Below are positions 10,342 to 22,632 of a stretch of 53,545 nt of DNA, in pieces; positions within the stretch are counted from its first letter, which is position 1, and every line of letters starts with the position of its first letter. The DNA comes from an uncultured Planctomycetaceae bacterium (GTDB lineage: Bacteria; Planctomycetota; Planctomycetia; Planctomycetales; Planctomycetaceae), in contig CAYNWT010000001.1 in NCBI GenBank assembly GCA_964400945.1, forward strand, positions 1-53,545, in the 5' to 3' direction. The notes under the pieces were generated by a model. It was not told where the DNA came from. It saw only the letters and a program-made list of their open reading frames with translations, and ran no database searches. The position numbers and the translations under genes are program-made.

Positions 10342-10758
10342 ATGGCAACTGCCGAAGCAACCGAAGCAACCGATTTTGACTCAGCAACAACTGAATTGGC
10401 CGACAAGATTGTCGGACTGACACTACTTGAAGCAAAGAAGCTTTCCGACTGCCTTGAGCAAGTCCATGGCATTAAAGCTGCTAGTGGCGGTGCCGTGGTC
10501 GTCCAGGGCGGCGGTGGTGGGGGTGACGATGCCCCGGCTGAAGAAAAGACGGAGTTTGACGTCGTTCTTACCGGCTTCGGCGACAACAAAATCCCCGTTA
10601 TCAAGGTGGTTCGCGGTGCGACTGGTCTTGGCCTGAAAGAAGCCAAGGAAATCGTCGAGAACACACCAAAGGCGATCAAAGAAGGCGTCTCGAAAGACGA
10701 AGCCGACAAGCTCAAGGAAGAAATCGAGGGCGCAGGCGGTTCTGTCGAAATCAAGTAA
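10342..10758 (+). CDS. rplL: 50S ribosomal protein L7/L12
   Basis: ORF 10294..10758, start moved to the ATG at 10342 (MATAEATE...). It has a Gly-rich hinge and the C-terminal [19 protein letters not shown]...EAGGSVEIK. Confidence 0.93.
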   Translation: MATAEATEATDFDSATTELADKIVGLTLLEAKKLSDCLEQVHGIKAASGGAVVVQGGGGGGDDAPAEEKTEFDVVLTGFGDNKIPVIKVVRGATGLGLKEAKEIVENTPKAIKEGVSKDEADKLKEEIEGAGGSVEIK

Positions 10759-11134
10759 TCGCCGGGATAAACGGGTTCGGGTACCGAATTTGCTGTCCGG
10801 CGCCCTTCCCAATGCCCTTCGCATGCGTTACGGTTCTCGCCTGTTTGGTTGAGGTCCGTTTCGTGCTTTGTCGTCTCCCCTGTTCCGGCTGTTGCCTCGG
10901 GACAGGGTACTGGTTCGCAGGTTAAGTTCAGATTTGAACCCCACGCTTGTGAGCCACCAACGGGGGAATTGCTGCTCCGTGAACTTGCGCCGGCTTGTCC
11001 GCTCGTTCTCGTATCTTTCCAGTGTTGCCCATTATCCGGGTGCATTGTCGTCTGCTTGCTGCGCGCGACGTGATGCCCGAAATCGTCCCACCCTTGCGTT
11101 CACCCTTCTGCGGTAGACCCGGAGAACTTTCCGT

Positions 11135-14100
11135 ATGCCAATTTCGTCCGTTCGTACCATCGACGCTGATGAGATTCGTAACTTTGGCAAGATCACAGGC
11201 GAGTATGACCTTGGATCGCTGAATGACATTCAGACGGTCTCATACACGCGCTTGCTACAGAGTGACTCCTCAAAGAAATCGGCCGTACGCCGTGAGCAGG
11301 GCATTGATGGCATCCTGCAGGAAATTTTTCCTATCACGAGCTACGATGGTCAGTACCAGCTTGAGTACGTCAAGTACGAGCTCGGCAAGCCGCGATATAC
11401 GCCAACTGAGTGTCGTCAGCTGCGACTGACCTATGGGCGACCGTTCCGGGTTTGGTTGCGATTGGTGAAAGAGCAACCAATCGAAGAAGAGGTCTACTTG
11501 GGCGATATCCCGATCATGATTGGTGGTGGCGAGTTCATCATCAACGGAGCTGAGCGTGTTGTTGTCAGCCAGTTGCACCGGTCGCCGGGTGTGGACTTTG
11601 TGATGGTCGACGAGCCGGGTGAGCGCAAGACTCACTCGTGCCGAATCATCCCCGAGCGTGGCAGTTGGATTGAACTTGTCGTTGGCAAGAAGGACACCTT
11701 GAGTGTCCGTATTGACCAGAGCGGTAAGTTCTCTGCGATGACATTGCTGCGTGCAATGGACGATGAGTGTTCCACTGACGCCGCACTCATCAACATGTTC
11801 TACGAAACAGAGACCAGTAAGACGACGCCGAAGGCACTCGAGACTCTGGTTGGCCGACACGCCGCGGACGATGTTGTCTACCCGGTCGGCCACGATCGCG
11901 TCGGTGAGATCATCGTGGACGCCGGACGCATCTTTACGGCAGAGATCGTTGAGCAGGTCAAGGAATCCGGCCTGAAGGAAGTTCCGGTCATCAAGACTGT
12001 ACCTGACGTCCTCATCCTCAACAGTATCGGCGAAGACACAACAAGTACTCACGAAGAAGCCCTGCTGCGAATCTACCAGCGGTTGCGTCCCGGCAACCCG
12101 CCGCAACTGGACAAGGCTCGCGATCTGTTTCGCGAAAAGTTCTTCGATGTGAATCGCTATCGGCTTGGTCGCGTTGGCCGTTTCCGTATTAATCGGAAGT
12201 TCGAACAGGGCATTTCCGACGACGAGATGACTCTGCGTCCCGAGGACTTCACAAACTCGATTCGCTACCTCATTCGTCTCCGCACAAACGATGGTTCAGC
12301 GTACGTCGACGACATCGACAACCTTGGTAACCGCCGACTGCGAACGATCGACGAATTGGGAACCGATGAAATTCGGAAGGGCTTCCTAAAGCTGCGTCGA
12401 ACCGTTCAGGAACGAATGAGCCTTAAAGACGTCGAGGAAATGACACCTCGAACACTCATCAATCCGAAGAGTGTTTCTGCAGCAATTGACTACTTCTACG
12501 GTCGAAGTGAGCTGTCTCAGGTCGTGGACCAGACCAATCCGCTCTCGATGCTGACGCACGAACGGCGACTTAGTGCTCTCGGACCTGGCGGTCTGAACCG
12601 TAAGCGTGCTGGCTTCGAAGTGCGTGACGTGCACATCTCCCACTACGGTCGTATTTGCCCGATTGAAACACCGGAAGGTACAAACATCGGTCTCATCTCA
12701 AGCCTCGGCATCTACGCCAAGGTGGATGATTACGGTTTCCTGATTACGCCGTATCGCAAGATCGTGAACACCAAGATCACCGAAGAAGTCGTCTGGCTGC
12801 GTGCCGATGAAGAAGCGTCCGTTTACGTTGTTCCGGCCGACACACCGGTTAAAGGCGGCAAGCTATCAGATCAGCGAGTGCTTGCTCGGTTCCAGAACGA
12901 CGTAATCTGGGCGGGTGCCGATCAGGTTCAATTCATCGATGTTGCACCGAACCAGATGGTCGGTGTTTCGGCCGGTCTCATTCCGTTCCTTGAGCACGAC
13001 GACGCCAACCGTGCGTTGATGGGTTCGAACATGCAGAGGCAGGCCGTGCCGCTCCTGATTGCAGAGCGACCTGTCGTTGGCACCGGTATGGAGCCGATGG
13101 TTGCCGCGAACTCCGGCATGATCGTCCGTGCAGAACGTGCGGGCAAAGTGACTTATGTCGATGCAACTCGCGTCGAGATCGACGGACGTAACTATCCGTT
13201 GCGTAAGTTCGTTGGGCTTAACGAACGAACCTGTCTGAACCAAAAGCCAATCGTCTCAGTCGGCGAGAAGGTGAAACGTTATCAGCCACTGTGTGACACA
13301 GCTGCCACCAAGAAGGGCACGTTGGCACTCGGCCGAAACGTGCTTGTCGCCTTCATGTCGTGGGAAGGCTACAACTTCGAAGACGCGATCATCCTGTCCG
13401 AGCGACTTGTGAAGTCTGACGTGTACACGTCGATTCACCTTGATGAGTTCGATGTCGAGATTCGTGAGACAAAGCTTGGTCGTGAAGAGTTCACTCGCGA
13501 TATTCCCAACGTCTCAGAGAAAGCTCTCCGCCACCTGGATGAAAGTGGCATCGTCAAGGTTGGAACTCGCGTTTCGCCTGGCGATATCCTCGTCGGTAAG
13601 GTCTCTCCGAAGGCGAAGTCTGAACTGACTCCGGAAGAAAAGCTGCTGCACGCGATCTTCGGTCGCGCTGGTGAAGATGTGAAGAACGAATCACTTGAGG
13701 TCCCATCGGGCGTCGAGGGCATCGTGATCCACACCGAGAAATTCTCACGTCGCGGAGCAATGTCCGAGGTTGAGAAGCAGCGTTCGATTGAGGAAGAGAA
13801 ACGCATTTCGGCAGAGGGCAACAAGAAGGTTGCGACGGCGTTCAATAAGTTCCTGCCGGAATTCGAAGGGGCGTTCGGAGCGAAACTGGAGGACGATGAC
13901 GGAGTCAAAATCGGCTCCATGACCGACGACAAGCCGATCGCTGACTTCGCCAAGAACTTCAAGCGCGAATACGAGCTGATGAAGATCCGCGATGACGCGA
14001 AGAAGGAAGCTTGTGCAGAAGTCATGGCCCAGCACTGGCCGTTGGTTGAAGACGAAATCGACATCGCCGAACACGCGATGAACACACTGAAGCGTGGCGA

Positions 14101-14857
14101 CGAACTGCCGAGCGGCGTGCTTCAGATGGTGAAGGTTTATGTCGCATCGAAGCGTCAAATCTCCGTTGGCGACAAGATGGCTGGTCGTCACGGAAACAAG
14201 GGTGTGATCTCAAAGATTCTCCCCGAAGAAGACATGCCGTTCCTCGACGACGGAACTCCGGTCGACATCATCCTGAACCCACTGGGCGTTCCATCGCGAA
14301 TGAACGTGGGACAGATTCTGGAGACGCACCTCGGCTGGGCTGCTCAGAAGCTTGGCTTCCGTGCAGTGACACCAGTGTTCGACGGAGCATCCGAAGAGGA
14401 AATTCGGGCGTGCCTGAAGGAAGCTGGCCTGCCGGAGGACGGCAAGGCTCAGTTGTTCGATGGCCGCACAGGCGAAGCGCTTGAGCAGAAGACGACCGTT
14501 GGCCAGATTTACATGCTCAAGCTGCACCACCTTGTTGATGACAAGGTTCACGCTCGAGCAACCGGCCCTTACTCGCTCATCACGCAACAGCCACTGGGCG
14601 GAAAGGCTCGGTTCGGCGGTCAGCGGTTCGGCGAGATGGAAGTTTGGGCTCTTGAAGCTTACGGGGCTGCGTACGTTCTCCAGGAACTACTCACCGTGAA
14701 GAGTGACGATGTTGAAGGGCGAACGAAGATCTACGAATCAATGGTCAAGGGCGAGAACACGCTTGAGGCCGGAACGCCGGCAAGCTTCGACGTTCTAAAC
14801 AACGAGATTCGTGGTCTGTGCCTCAACATGCAGCTCGAAAAAGCATCCTCCAACTAA
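11135..14857 (+). CDS. rpoB: DNA-directed RNA polymerase subunit beta
   Basis: 1240 aa, with [20 protein letters not shown] and [13 protein letters not shown]. Confidence 0.98.
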   Translation: MPISSVRTIDADEIRNFGKITGEYDLGSLNDIQTVSYTRLLQSDSSKKSAVRREQGIDGILQEIFPITSYDGQYQLEYVKYELGKPRYTPTECRQLRLTYGRPFRVWLRLVKEQPIEEEVYLGDIPIMIGGGEFIINGAERVVVSQLHRSPGVDFVMVDEPGERKTHSCRIIPERGSWIELVVGKKDTLSVRIDQSGKFSAMTLLRAMDDECSTDAALINMFYETETSKTTPKALETLVGRHAADDVVYPVGHDRVGEIIVDAGRIFTAEIVEQVKESGLKEVPVIKTVPDVLILNSIGEDTTSTHEEALLRIYQRLRPGNPPQLDKARDLFREKFFDVNRYRLGRVGRFRINRKFEQGISDDEMTLRPEDFTNSIRYLIRLRTNDGSAYVDDIDNLGNRRLRTIDELGTDEIRKGFLKLRRTVQERMSLKDVEEMTPRTLINPKSVSAAIDYFYGRSELSQVVDQTNPLSMLTHERRLSALGPGGLNRKRAGFEVRDVHISHYGRICPIETPEGTNIGLISSLGIYAKVDDYGFLITPYRKIVNTKITEEVVWLRADEEASVYVVPADTPVKGGKLSDQRVLARFQNDVIWAGADQVQFIDVAPNQMVGVSAGLIPFLEHDDANRALMGSNMQRQAVPLLIAERPVVGTGMEPMVAANSGMIVRAERAGKVTYVDATRVEIDGRNYPLRKFVGLNERTCLNQKPIVSVGEKVKRYQPLCDTAATKKGTLALGRNVLVAFMSWEGYNFEDAIILSERLVKSDVYTSIHLDEFDVEIRETKLGREEFTRDIPNVSEKALRHLDESGIVKVGTRVSPGDILVGKVSPKAKSELTPEEKLLHAIFGRAGEDVKNESLEVPSGVEGIVIHTEKFSRRGAMSEVEKQRSIEEEKRISAEGNKKVATAFNKFLPEFEGAFGAKLEDDDGVKIGSMTDDKPIADFAKNFKREYELMKIRDDAKKEACAEVMAQHWPLVEDEIDIAEHAMNTLKRGDELPSGVLQMVKVYVASKRQISVGDKMAGRHGNKGVISKILPEEDMPFLDDGTPVDIILNPLGVPSRMNVGQILETHLGWAAQKLGFRAVTPVFDGASEEEIRACLKEAGLPEDGKAQLFDGRTGEALEQKTTVGQIYMLKLHHLVDDKVHARATGPYSLITQQPLGGKARFGGQRFGEMEVWALEAYGAAYVLQELLTVKSDDVEGRTKIYESMVKGENTLEAGTPASFDVLNNEIRGLCLNMQLEKASSN

Positions 14858-14927
14858 AGCCGAGATAAGCCAGCGGCTGTGCAGTCGTGGCTCCACACCA
14901 ACTCTCTGAACATCAAGAGGTTTTGAA

Positions 14928-17900
14928 GTGAGTGTAGGCGAAGCAACTCAGTTCGATCGCGTCAACGACTACGGTTCCGTGAAGATTGGCCTGGCCAGTC
15001 CACACGACATCCGCAGTTGGTCATTCGGCGAAGTTAAGAAGCCGGAAACGATCAACTACCGAACGTACCGTCCGGAGCGCGATGGCTTGTTCTGCGAGCG
15101 TATTTTTGGTCCGGAAAAGGACTGGGAATGCGCGTGTGGCAAGTACCGTGGCATGAAGTACAAGGGCATGATCTGTGACCGTTGCGGGGTCAAGGTCACG
15201 CACAGTCGGGTTCGCCGTAAGCGCATGGGCCACATCGAATTGGCGGCTCCGGTTGTTCACATCTGGTTCTTCAAGTCCATGCCAAGCCGCCTCGGCGCGC
15301 TACTCGGCATGAAGACGACTTCCCTGGAGAAGGTTGTCTACTTCCAGGACTACGTTGTCACTGATGCTGGTGACACTGAGCTGGAAGTCGGTCAGGTGAT
15401 GACCGAAGAAGAGGCTCGCGTCAAGACGGCCGAACTGGGTCACGGAACCTTCCAGGTTGAGATGGGTGCTGAAGCCATCAAGAAGCTTCTGCTCAAGCTG
15501 AACCTGCGCGAGATGTCCGAACAGCTTCGCGAAGACCTGAAGAACACTGGCAGTCAGCAGAAGATCAAGGACTACATCAAGCGCCTGAAGATCGTCGAAG
15601 CACTGCGTGACAGTGACAACAAGCCGGAATGGACCGTGCTTGATGTCATCCCGGTTATCCCACCAGACCTGCGTCCGCTGGTTCTGCTGGATTCCGGCAA
15701 CTTCGCAACATCGGACCTGAACGACCTCTATCGTCGAATCATCAACCGAAACAATCGGTTGAAGAAGCTTGTCGACCTGAACGCGCCTGAGGTCATTGTT
15801 CGCAACGAAAAGCGAATGCTTCAGCAGTCCGTCGATGCACTCTTCGACAACAATCGCTGTAAGCGCCCCGTGCTGGGCTCTTCCAACCGTCCGCTCAAGT
15901 CGCTGACGGACATGATTAAGGGTAAGCAGGGTCGTTTCCGGGAAAACCTGCTCGGCAAACGAGTTGACTACTCTGCTCGTTCGGTCATCGTCGTTGGACC
16001 AGAACTCAAGCTGCACCAGTGTGGTCTCCCCAAGAAGATTGCGCTTGAGTTATTCCAGCCATTCGTGATCCGACGCCTCAAGGAACTTGGGCACGCTGAC
16101 ACCATCAAGAGTGCCAAGCGCATGCTTGAGCGTCGTGATGAAGATGTGTGGGACATTCTGGATGAAGTGATCCAGAACCACCCGGTCATGCTGAACCGAG
16201 CTCCAACGCTGCACCGAATGGGTATCCAGGCGTTTGAACCGACGCTCGTCGAAGGTAACGCGATCCGTCTGCACCCACTGGTCTGCAAAGGCTTCAACGC
16301 GGACTTCGATGGTGACCAGATGGCGGTTCACCTGCCGCTGTCGATCGAAGCCCAGGTTGAGGCGACAACTCTGATGTTGTCGACCAACAATATCTTCAGC
16401 CCGGCCAATGGTAGCCCGATTATCTCGGCGTCTCAGGACATCGTTATGGGTTGCTACTACCTCACACTGAAGCGACCGGACCGTCCGGGTGAGGGAATGG
16501 TGTTCGCGTCACCGTCCGAGGTGCACATGGCTTTTGCTCAGGGCAAAGTCACACGGCACGCAACGGTCAAAGTGCGAGTCGGTGCCAGCAAGCGCGTGGT
16601 CGGAGACGGCGCGGCTGAGTACAAGCCCGGGCAACTTGTGGAAACCAGTGTCGGGCGCGTGATGTTCAACGACATCCTGCCCAACAAGATGGCTTTCTAC
16701 AATAAGACCCTCGGCAGTAAGGATCTGGCCAAGGTCATTTCCGACTGCTATCTGGAAATGGGTCGTAAGCACACCATCGAACTACTTGACCGGATGAAGG
16801 AGCTAGGGTTCCGTTCGTCCACGGCCAGCGGTCTGTCGTTCGGTTCCAGCGACCTGACAACTGCTCCGAACAAGGATCAGGTGATCGGGGAAGCTGAGAA
16901 AAAAGTGCTCAAGCAAATGAAGCTGTTCGAGCGCGGTGTGATCACCAACCAAGAACGGTACAACTCAGTTCTGGACACATGGACGGAAGCTCGCGAAGAG
17001 ATTACCGAATCCATGATGGAGCAGTTCAAGCAGGACGTTCGAGACGAAGGTGCTTACGTCAACCCGATCTACCTGATGTCAGACTCAGGTGCTCGTGGTG
17101 GTATTGAGCAGATTCGTCAGCTCGCTGGCATGCGTGGCCTGATGGCCAAGCCGTCTGGTGAGATTATTGAGACCCCGATTAAGGCGAACTTCCGCGAAGG
17201 TCTGTCTGTACTGGAATACTTCAGTTCGACACACGGTGCTCGAAAGGGTCTGGCGGATACCGCTCTCAAGACGGCCGATAGTGGTTACCTCACCCGTAAG
17301 CTGGCAGACATCTGCCAAAACATGGTTATCACGCAGAACGACTGTGGGACCACCCGTGGTATCACCCGCGGGGTTGAGTACCGTGGTGAAAAAGTTGAAG
17401 TCGGCCTGGCCGAATCGATCCGTGGACGCGTCAGTCGTCGTAACATCGTAAATCCGATTACCGACGAAGTGGTCGTCAAAGAGAACCAGCTGATCACCGT
17501 CGATATTGCTCGCAAGATCGAAGACATGGGCTTGGAGCGTATTCAGGTCCGGAGTCCGATGACCTGCGAGTCGCCGCTGGGTATTTGCCAGCTGTGCTAC
17601 GGCATGGACCTCTCAAGCGGTCAGCTTGTCGAAGAAGGTCTCGCAGTCGGAATCATCGCGGCCCAGAGTATTGGGGAGCCTGGTACTCAACTGACGATGC
17701 GTACATTCCACATCGGTGGTACCGCGTCACGTGACCTTGAGGACAGCGAGCTGAAGGCGGTCAAAGCTGGTAAGGTTCACTTTACCCGACTGCGTTCCGT
17801 CGTGAATCCGGCCGGCGAGACTGTGGTCCTCGGCCGTAACGGTGAGATTGCCATCGTTGACGCCAAGGGTCGTGAGCTTGAAAAGCAGACGATCCCAAGT

Positions 17901-19334
17901 GGTTCGATCCTCGCAGTGAAAGAAGGCGACGCGGTAGAACTTGGAGCCGTCCTCTGCCGCTGGGACCCTCACGCGATTCCGATTATTGCCGAAGTCGGTG
18001 GTACCGTTCGGTTCGAAGACTGTGTCGAAGGTCGCTCCATGCGGACGGACAAAGACAACAGCGGTAACGAACGCCGAACGATCATCGAACACAAGGGTGA
18101 CCTGCACCCACAAGTTGTTGTGGAAGACGGGACCGGCAAGATCCTCGACTTCTACTACCTGCCAGAACGCGCGAGTATCGAAGTCGATCAGGGATCACAG
18201 GTCAGCGCGGGCACGATGGTTGCCAAGACACCTCGTGAGTCGGCCGGTACGCAGGACATCACTGGTGGTCTGCCGCGAGTCACTGAACTGTTCGAAGCAC
18301 GTAAGCCGAAGGACCCGGCTGTTGTTGCTGAGATCGAAGGTGAAGTTGAGCTCGTTGCGGAACGAAAGCGTGGCAAGCGAATCATCATCATCCGTGGTGA
18401 TGACGGGACGGAAGTCGAACACGTTATTCCGCACGGTAAGCAGTTACTGGTTCACGCGAATGACCGTATCGAAGCTGGTGACGCGCTGGTTCGCGGCCCG
18501 CTGGTTCCACACGACATCTTGCGAGTTGGTACCTCAACCAAGAGCGGTACCGAAGCAGTGCAGGAATACCTGCAGCGTGAAATCCAAAACGTCTACCGCG
18601 CTCAGCGAGTGGAAATCGATGACAAGCACATCGAGATCGTCATCTCGCAGATGCTGCGTAAGGTGAAGATCGAAGACGTTGGTGACACTGAGTTGCTGCC
18701 TGGAATTCTTGTGGACAAGTTTGAATTCCAACGAGTCAACGAAGCTCTTAAGTCATGTGTCCGCGTGACGGATCCAGGCGAAACGGACTTCGAAGTTGGC
18801 GACGTTGTCCCAATCAAGGACATCGAAGAGGTCAATGCCCAGATTTCCTCACCGGTAAAGACCGCCAAACCAAAACCGGCTCGATCCAGTGTTCAGCTGC
18901 TTGGTATTACCAAGGCAGCGGTTCAGTCCGAGAGCTTCATCTCGGCAGCGAGCTTCCAGGAAACCACCAAGGTGCTCACGGAAGCTGCTCTGGCCGGCAA
19001 GGTGGACTACCTTGTCGGGCTGAAGGAAAACGTGATTCTGGGTCACTTGGTTCCAGCCGGAACCGGATTCAAGATTCATCAGGAATCACATGTTCGGATT
19101 CACGAAGAGGCGTTGCTGGAGCAGAAAATGGCCAAGGAGGCGATTCTGGCTGAACGAGAGAGAATGCTCTCCAGTGCGGAAGCGGCTCAGCCAACCTTGG
19201 CATCAATCACCGAAGTTGCTCCTCCACCAGTGATTCAGGACACCCCGCAAGCCTCGGCACCACCGGCGATTGTTGAGCCGGAAAAGCCGAGCTTACCGAG
19301 CATTGCCGACTTAAGCCCGGATCCTGAGCAGTAA
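14928..19334 (+). CDS. rpoC: DNA-directed RNA polymerase subunit beta'
   Basis: 1468 aa with a GTG start. It has the zinc motif CACGKY...CDRCGV and the catalytic NADFDGDQM. Confidence 0.98.
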   Translation: MSVGEATQFDRVNDYGSVKIGLASPHDIRSWSFGEVKKPETINYRTYRPERDGLFCERIFGPEKDWECACGKYRGMKYKGMICDRCGVKVTHSRVRRKRMGHIELAAPVVHIWFFKSMPSRLGALLGMKTTSLEKVVYFQDYVVTDAGDTELEVGQVMTEEEARVKTAELGHGTFQVEMGAEAIKKLLLKLNLREMSEQLREDLKNTGSQQKIKDYIKRLKIVEALRDSDNKPEWTVLDVIPVIPPDLRPLVLLDSGNFATSDLNDLYRRIINRNNRLKKLVDLNAPEVIVRNEKRMLQQSVDALFDNNRCKRPVLGSSNRPLKSLTDMIKGKQGRFRENLLGKRVDYSARSVIVVGPELKLHQCGLPKKIALELFQPFVIRRLKELGHADTIKSAKRMLERRDEDVWDILDEVIQNHPVMLNRAPTLHRMGIQAFEPTLVEGNAIRLHPLVCKGFNADFDGDQMAVHLPLSIEAQVEATTLMLSTNNIFSPANGSPIISASQDIVMGCYYLTLKRPDRPGEGMVFASPSEVHMAFAQGKVTRHATVKVRVGASKRVVGDGAAEYKPGQLVETSVGRVMFNDILPNKMAFYNKTLGSKDLAKVISDCYLEMGRKHTIELLDRMKELGFRSSTASGLSFGSSDLTTAPNKDQVIGEAEKKVLKQMKLFERGVITNQERYNSVLDTWTEAREEITESMMEQFKQDVRDEGAYVNPIYLMSDSGARGGIEQIRQLAGMRGLMAKPSGEIIETPIKANFREGLSVLEYFSSTHGARKGLADTALKTADSGYLTRKLADICQNMVITQNDCGTTRGITRGVEYRGEKVEVGLAESIRGRVSRRNIVNPITDEVVVKENQLITVDIARKIEDMGLERIQVRSPMTCESPLGICQLCYGMDLSSGQLVEEGLAVGIIAAQSIGEPGTQLTMRTFHIGGTASRDLEDSELKAVKAGKVHFTRLRSVVNPAGETVVLGRNGEIAIVDAKGRELEKQTIPSGSILAVKEGDAVELGAVLCRWDPHAIPIIAEVGGTVRFEDCVEGRSMRTDKDNSGNERRTIIEHKGDLHPQVVVEDGTGKILDFYYLPERASIEVDQGSQVSAGTMVAKTPRESAGTQDITGGLPRVTELFEARKPKDPAVVAEIEGEVELVAERKRGKRIIIIRGDDGTEVEHVIPHGKQLLVHANDRIEAGDALVRGPLVPHDILRVGTSTKSGTEAVQEYLQREIQNVYRAQRVEIDDKHIEIVISQMLRKVKIEDVGDTELLPGILVDKFEFQRVNEALKSCVRVTDPGETDFEVGDVVPIKDIEEVNAQISSPVKTAKPKPARSSVQLLGITKAAVQSESFISAASFQETTKVLTEAALAGKVDYLVGLKENVILGHLVPAGTGFKIHQESHVRIHEEALLEQKMAKEAILAERERMLSSAEAAQPTLASITEVAPPPVIQDTPQASAPPAIVEPEKPSLPSIADLSPDPEQ

Positions 19335-19348
19335 GCCGACCTGGCCGG

Positions 19349-19377
19349 TTGACGACACATTCGGACACGGGTAGAGT
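19349..19377 (+). promoter_or_regulatory. candidate sigma-70 promoter of the rpsL-rpsG-fusA (str) cluster
   Basis: TTGACG, a 17-nt spacer, then TAGAGT. It lies 15 nt after the rpoC stop and ~40 nt before rpsL. Confidence 0.35.
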
Positions 19378-19417
19378 TCCCGATTCCTCATTTTTTCGAC
19401 AAGCCCCGGTATCACCG

Positions 19418-19789
19418 ATGCCCACGATTAACCAACTCGTTCGAAAACCACGACGCCTGCAGAAGCCCAAGAGCAAGACTCCGTTGCTGGAAGGCTGCCC
19501 GCAAAAGCGCGGCGTGTGTTTGCAGGTCAAAACCGTGACGCCAAAGAAGCCGAACTCGGCTCTTCGAAAGGTGGCTCGTGTTCGTCTCTCGAACGGCAAG
19601 GAAATTACGGCCTACATTCCGGGTGAAGGTCACAACCTGCAGGAACACTCCATTGTTCTTGTTCGTGGCGGTCGTGTTCGCGACCTGCCAGGTGTGCGAT
19701 ACAAAGTTATTCGTGGTGTGCTGGATACGCTGGGCGTTGGAGACCGAAAGCAAGCTCGAAGTCGCTACGGAGCAAAGCGATCTAAGTAA
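19418..19789 (+). CDS. rpsL: 30S ribosomal protein S12
   Basis: ORF 19349..19789, start moved to the ATG at 19418 ([12 protein letters not shown]...). The [16 protein letters not shown] motif is present. Confidence 0.96.
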   Translation: MPTINQLVRKPRRLQKPKSKTPLLEGCPQKRGVCLQVKTVTPKKPNSALRKVARVRLSNGKEITAYIPGEGHNLQEHSIVLVRGGRVRDLPGVRYKVIRGVLDTLGVGDRKQARSRYGAKRSK

Positions 19790-19831
19790 CCACTTAGCCC
19801 CGAACCTTTCGGTTAATTCGGAATCAGACAA

Positions 19832-20305
19832 ATGGGTAAGCGTTTTACAGCCAGTGTAAGTCAGTTGAAGCCGGACCCCCGCTTCGATTCGAAGCTGGTT
19901 TCCAAGTTCGTCAACTGCCTGATGCACGACGGCAAAAAGAGCGTAGCTCTGCGAGCCTTCTATGATGCACTCGAACTGATCGAAAAGAAGCTGCCTGAGG
20001 TATCTCCGCTGGAGGTGTTCACCCAGGCGGTCGATAACGTAAAGCCGCAGATCGAAGTTCGATCAAAGCGAGTTGGTGGTGCGACCTACCAGGTGCCGAC
20101 GCCAGTGAGTTCGAAGCGGCAACAGACTCTTTCTATCCGCTGGCTCCTTGAAGTGATCCGTGGCAAGAAGGGTCGTCCCATACACGTGACGATGGCGGAC
20201 GAGTTCGTTGCCGCTTACAAACGCGAGGGTGCAGCGATGACCAAGCGTGAAAACGTGCATCGCATGGCTGAAGCCAACAAGGCGTTCGCCCACTTCGCCT
20301 GGTAG
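19832..20305 (+). CDS. rpsG: 30S ribosomal protein S7
   Basis: 157 aa, with [21 protein letters not shown] and NKAFAHFAW. Confidence 0.96.
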   Translation: MGKRFTASVSQLKPDPRFDSKLVSKFVNCLMHDGKKSVALRAFYDALELIEKKLPEVSPLEVFTQAVDNVKPQIEVRSKRVGGATYQVPTPVSSKRQQTLSIRWLLEVIRGKKGRPIHVTMADEFVAAYKREGAAMTKRENVHRMAEANKAFAHFAW

Positions 20306-20328
20306 ACCTTCGGGTCAACCGAATCACG

Positions 20329-20367
20329 TGCCAAGCTCGTCTGAAGACGCGTTTGGCATTTTTTATT
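20329..20367 (+). terminator. terminator-like hairpin plus T-tract inside the str cluster (between rpsG and fusA)
   Basis: tgccaagc-tcgtc-tgaa-gacg-cgtttggca gives ~12 bp with one mismatch, followed by TTTTTTATT. A GACC-UUCG-GGUC tetraloop hairpin sits at 20305-20316. Confidence 0.45.
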
Positions 20368-20395
20368 GGTACTCAATGAAAGAACGGCAGCGACG

Positions 20396-22501
20396 ATGTC
20401 GCGAGCAATTGAAACAATTCGGAACATCGGCATTGTTGCCCACATCGACGCGGGCAAGACGACGACAACCGAACGCATTCTGTACTACGCGGGCGCATCT
20501 CACCGGATGGGCAACGTCGATGACGGTACAACGCAAACCGACTTCGATCCCGAAGAGGCACAGCGCGGAATCACCATCTATTCGGCGGCCGTAACGTGCG
20601 AATGGGGCGGCGTGACGATCAACATCATCGACACGCCCGGCCACGTGGACTTCACGGCTGAAGTTGAACGCAGCCTCCGCGTACTCGATGGCGCCGTGGT
20701 CGTATTTAGCGCGGTTGAAGGTGTCGAAGCGCAGAGCGAAACGGTCTGGCGCCAAGCGAACAAGTACAACGTCCCGCGAATGTGCTTCATCAACAAGATG
20801 GATCGCATCGGCGCGAACTTTGAACGGACACTCGACCAGATCACGACGAGGCTCGCGACAAAGTCACTTAGCGATACCGATCGAGAGGCGATTGGCCCGG
20901 TTGCTGTGCAAATCCCGATGGGTGCGGGTTCACGCGATGAACCAGGCGCACTTTCAGGCGTGATTGACCTTATCGAGATGAAGGCTCTTTACTTCGACTC
21001 GGAGAGTCGCGGCAAGGAGATGCATTCCAAAGAGATTCCCGACGAGCACAAAGATGCCGCCGAAGAATGGCGGGACAAACTGCTCGACGCACTGACACTG
21101 ATCGATGATGACTTAATGGAACTCTATATGGGTGACGAGCCCATTCCGGCGAAAGAGATCCATCGCGTCCTGCGCGCGGGCACGCTAAGCGGGACTCTGT
21201 TCCCGGTCTTTTGCGGCGCGTCGCTGGACTACATCGGTGTGCAGCCAATTCTTGATGGCGTGAAGCACTACCTGCCAAGCCCGATCGACCGACCGCCGGT
21301 CGAAGGCATCCACCCCAGCCCCAAAAAGCGTGATCAGCCTCAGGTTCGTAAACCAACCGATGATGAACCCGTTTGCGCACTGGTTTTCAAGATTGCGGCT
21401 GATCAACACGGCGACCTGCACTTCATGCGTGTGTATTCCGGAGTACTCAAAACGAATTCACGACTGCTGAATTCGCGAACCGGGAAGAAAGAGCTCATCA
21501 ACCAACTCTGGAAGATTCAATCCGACTCACGGGAGAAGATTGACGAAGTCCGCGCTGGTGACATCTGTGGCGTCATCGGCCCAAAGGAAACAGTGACCGG
21601 CGATACGCTGTGCGATCAGCAGCGACCGGTGGTACTTGAGAGCATTACGTTCCCTGAAACGGTGATCTCGATGGCCGTTGAACCAGATTCCAGCGACCAG
21701 CGAAAGAAACTGGCCGAGACTCTGACCCGACTGGCCAAGCAAGATCCGACCTTCAAAGCTGAGGTGAGTGAAGAAACCGGTCAGACCATCATTTCCGGCA
21801 TGGGCGAACTGCACCTTGAGGTTATCCGGCACCGAATGGAGCGTGACTTCAATCTCAAGGTGAAAGTCCACAAGCCTCGGGTCAGCTATCGCGAAACGAT
21901 CGCCAAAGCGGCCGAGGGCACGGGGGAATTCAATCGTGGCACCGAAGAAGAATCACAGTTCGCGAAGGTGAAGCTGAAGGTCGAACCATTCGACGGCGAC
22001 GCCCCGGTCACGGTCGCCAACAAGCTGAAGCACGACGCCGTCAGTTCCGATTTCGCCAAGCTGCTCGAAGAGACTGCTCTGACAGAGTCACGATCCGGAA
22101 ACATGTACGGCTACCCCCTTATGAAGGCGAAGGTCACACTGCTTGGCGTAGAGACTCGTGCAGAGCAGACAACAGAGACGGCGTTGCAGGCGGCCGCGTC
22201 GATGGCGGTTCGGGAAGCAATGGAGCAGGCCGGCGGTGTTCTGCTCGAACCAATCATGCGGGTCGAAGTCACTACGCCAGACGAGTTTCTCGGCAACATC
22301 CAGTCCGATCTCAACGCGCGGCGGGCGATGATTGTGAACTCGGAGTTGCGAGGGGACCTTTCGGTCCTCGAAGTACATGCCCCATTGTCACAAATGTTTG
22401 GCTATTCATCCCAGATTCGCAGCTTGTCGCAGGGGCGAGCGTCATTCTCGATGGAGCCGCTCAGGTACGCCGAGGCACCGGAATCGGAACTTGATTTCTG
22501 A
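20396..22501 (+). CDS. fusA: elongation factor G
   Basis: ORF 20366..22501, start moved to the ATG at 20396 (MSRAIETIRNIGIVAHIDAGKTTTTERILYY). DTPGHVDF and NKMDR are present. Confidence 0.96.
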   Translation: MSRAIETIRNIGIVAHIDAGKTTTTERILYYAGASHRMGNVDDGTTQTDFDPEEAQRGITIYSAAVTCEWGGVTINIIDTPGHVDFTAEVERSLRVLDGAVVVFSAVEGVEAQSETVWRQANKYNVPRMCFINKMDRIGANFERTLDQITTRLATKSLSDTDREAIGPVAVQIPMGAGSRDEPGALSGVIDLIEMKALYFDSESRGKEMHSKEIPDEHKDAAEEWRDKLLDALTLIDDDLMELYMGDEPIPAKEIHRVLRAGTLSGTLFPVFCGASLDYIGVQPILDGVKHYLPSPIDRPPVEGIHPSPKKRDQPQVRKPTDDEPVCALVFKIAADQHGDLHFMRVYSGVLKTNSRLLNSRTGKKELINQLWKIQSDSREKIDEVRAGDICGVIGPKETVTGDTLCDQQRPVVLESITFPETVISMAVEPDSSDQRKKLAETLTRLAKQDPTFKAEVSEETGQTIISGMGELHLEVIRHRMERDFNLKVKVHKPRVSYRETIAKAAEGTGEFNRGTEEESQFAKVKLKVEPFDGDAPVTVANKLKHDAVSSDFAKLLEETALTESRSGNMYGYPLMKAKVTLLGVETRAEQTTETALQAAASMAVREAMEQAGGVLLEPIMRVEVTTPDEFLGNIQSDLNARRAMIVNSELRGDLSVLEVHAPLSQMFGYSSQIRSLSQGRASFSMEPLRYAEAPESELDF

Positions 22502-22537
22502 TTGACAAAAAACGGCGCACTCAAGTGTCGCCTTTGA

Positions 22538-22566
22538 TTGACAAAGCGAATTCGCAGAACTAATAT
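22538..22566 (+). promoter_or_regulatory. near-consensus sigma-70 promoter upstream of rpsJ (S10 cluster)
   Basis: TTGACA, a 17-nt spacer, then TAATAT. The -35 lies within the second copy of a 10-nt direct repeat GATTGACAAA (22500-22509 and 22536-22545). Confidence 0.5.
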
Positions 22567-22572
22567 GGCCCG

Positions 22573-22601
22573 TTCCCCACTCGACGGTGGGGAATTTTTT
22601 T
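22573..22601 (+). terminator. canonical hairpin plus T7 tract in the fusA-rpsJ spacer (str-cluster terminator and/or S10 leader attenuator)
   Basis: Perfect 8-bp stem TTCCCCAC/GTGGGGAA with a 6-nt loop, followed by TTTTTTT. It begins 7 nt after the putative -10 and ends 32 nt before the rpsJ GTG. Confidence 0.55.
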
Positions 22602-22632
22602 GACGTAAATCATTTGCTGAGGACGAGTTACG

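Noticed and set aside
10248-11045. 265-aa minus-strand ORF opposite rplL and the rplL-rpoB spacer
   Set aside because: It is antisense to rplL and rich in Pro/Ser/Ala runs that mirror the L7/L12 Gly/Ala hinge. There is no start context or recognisable domain.
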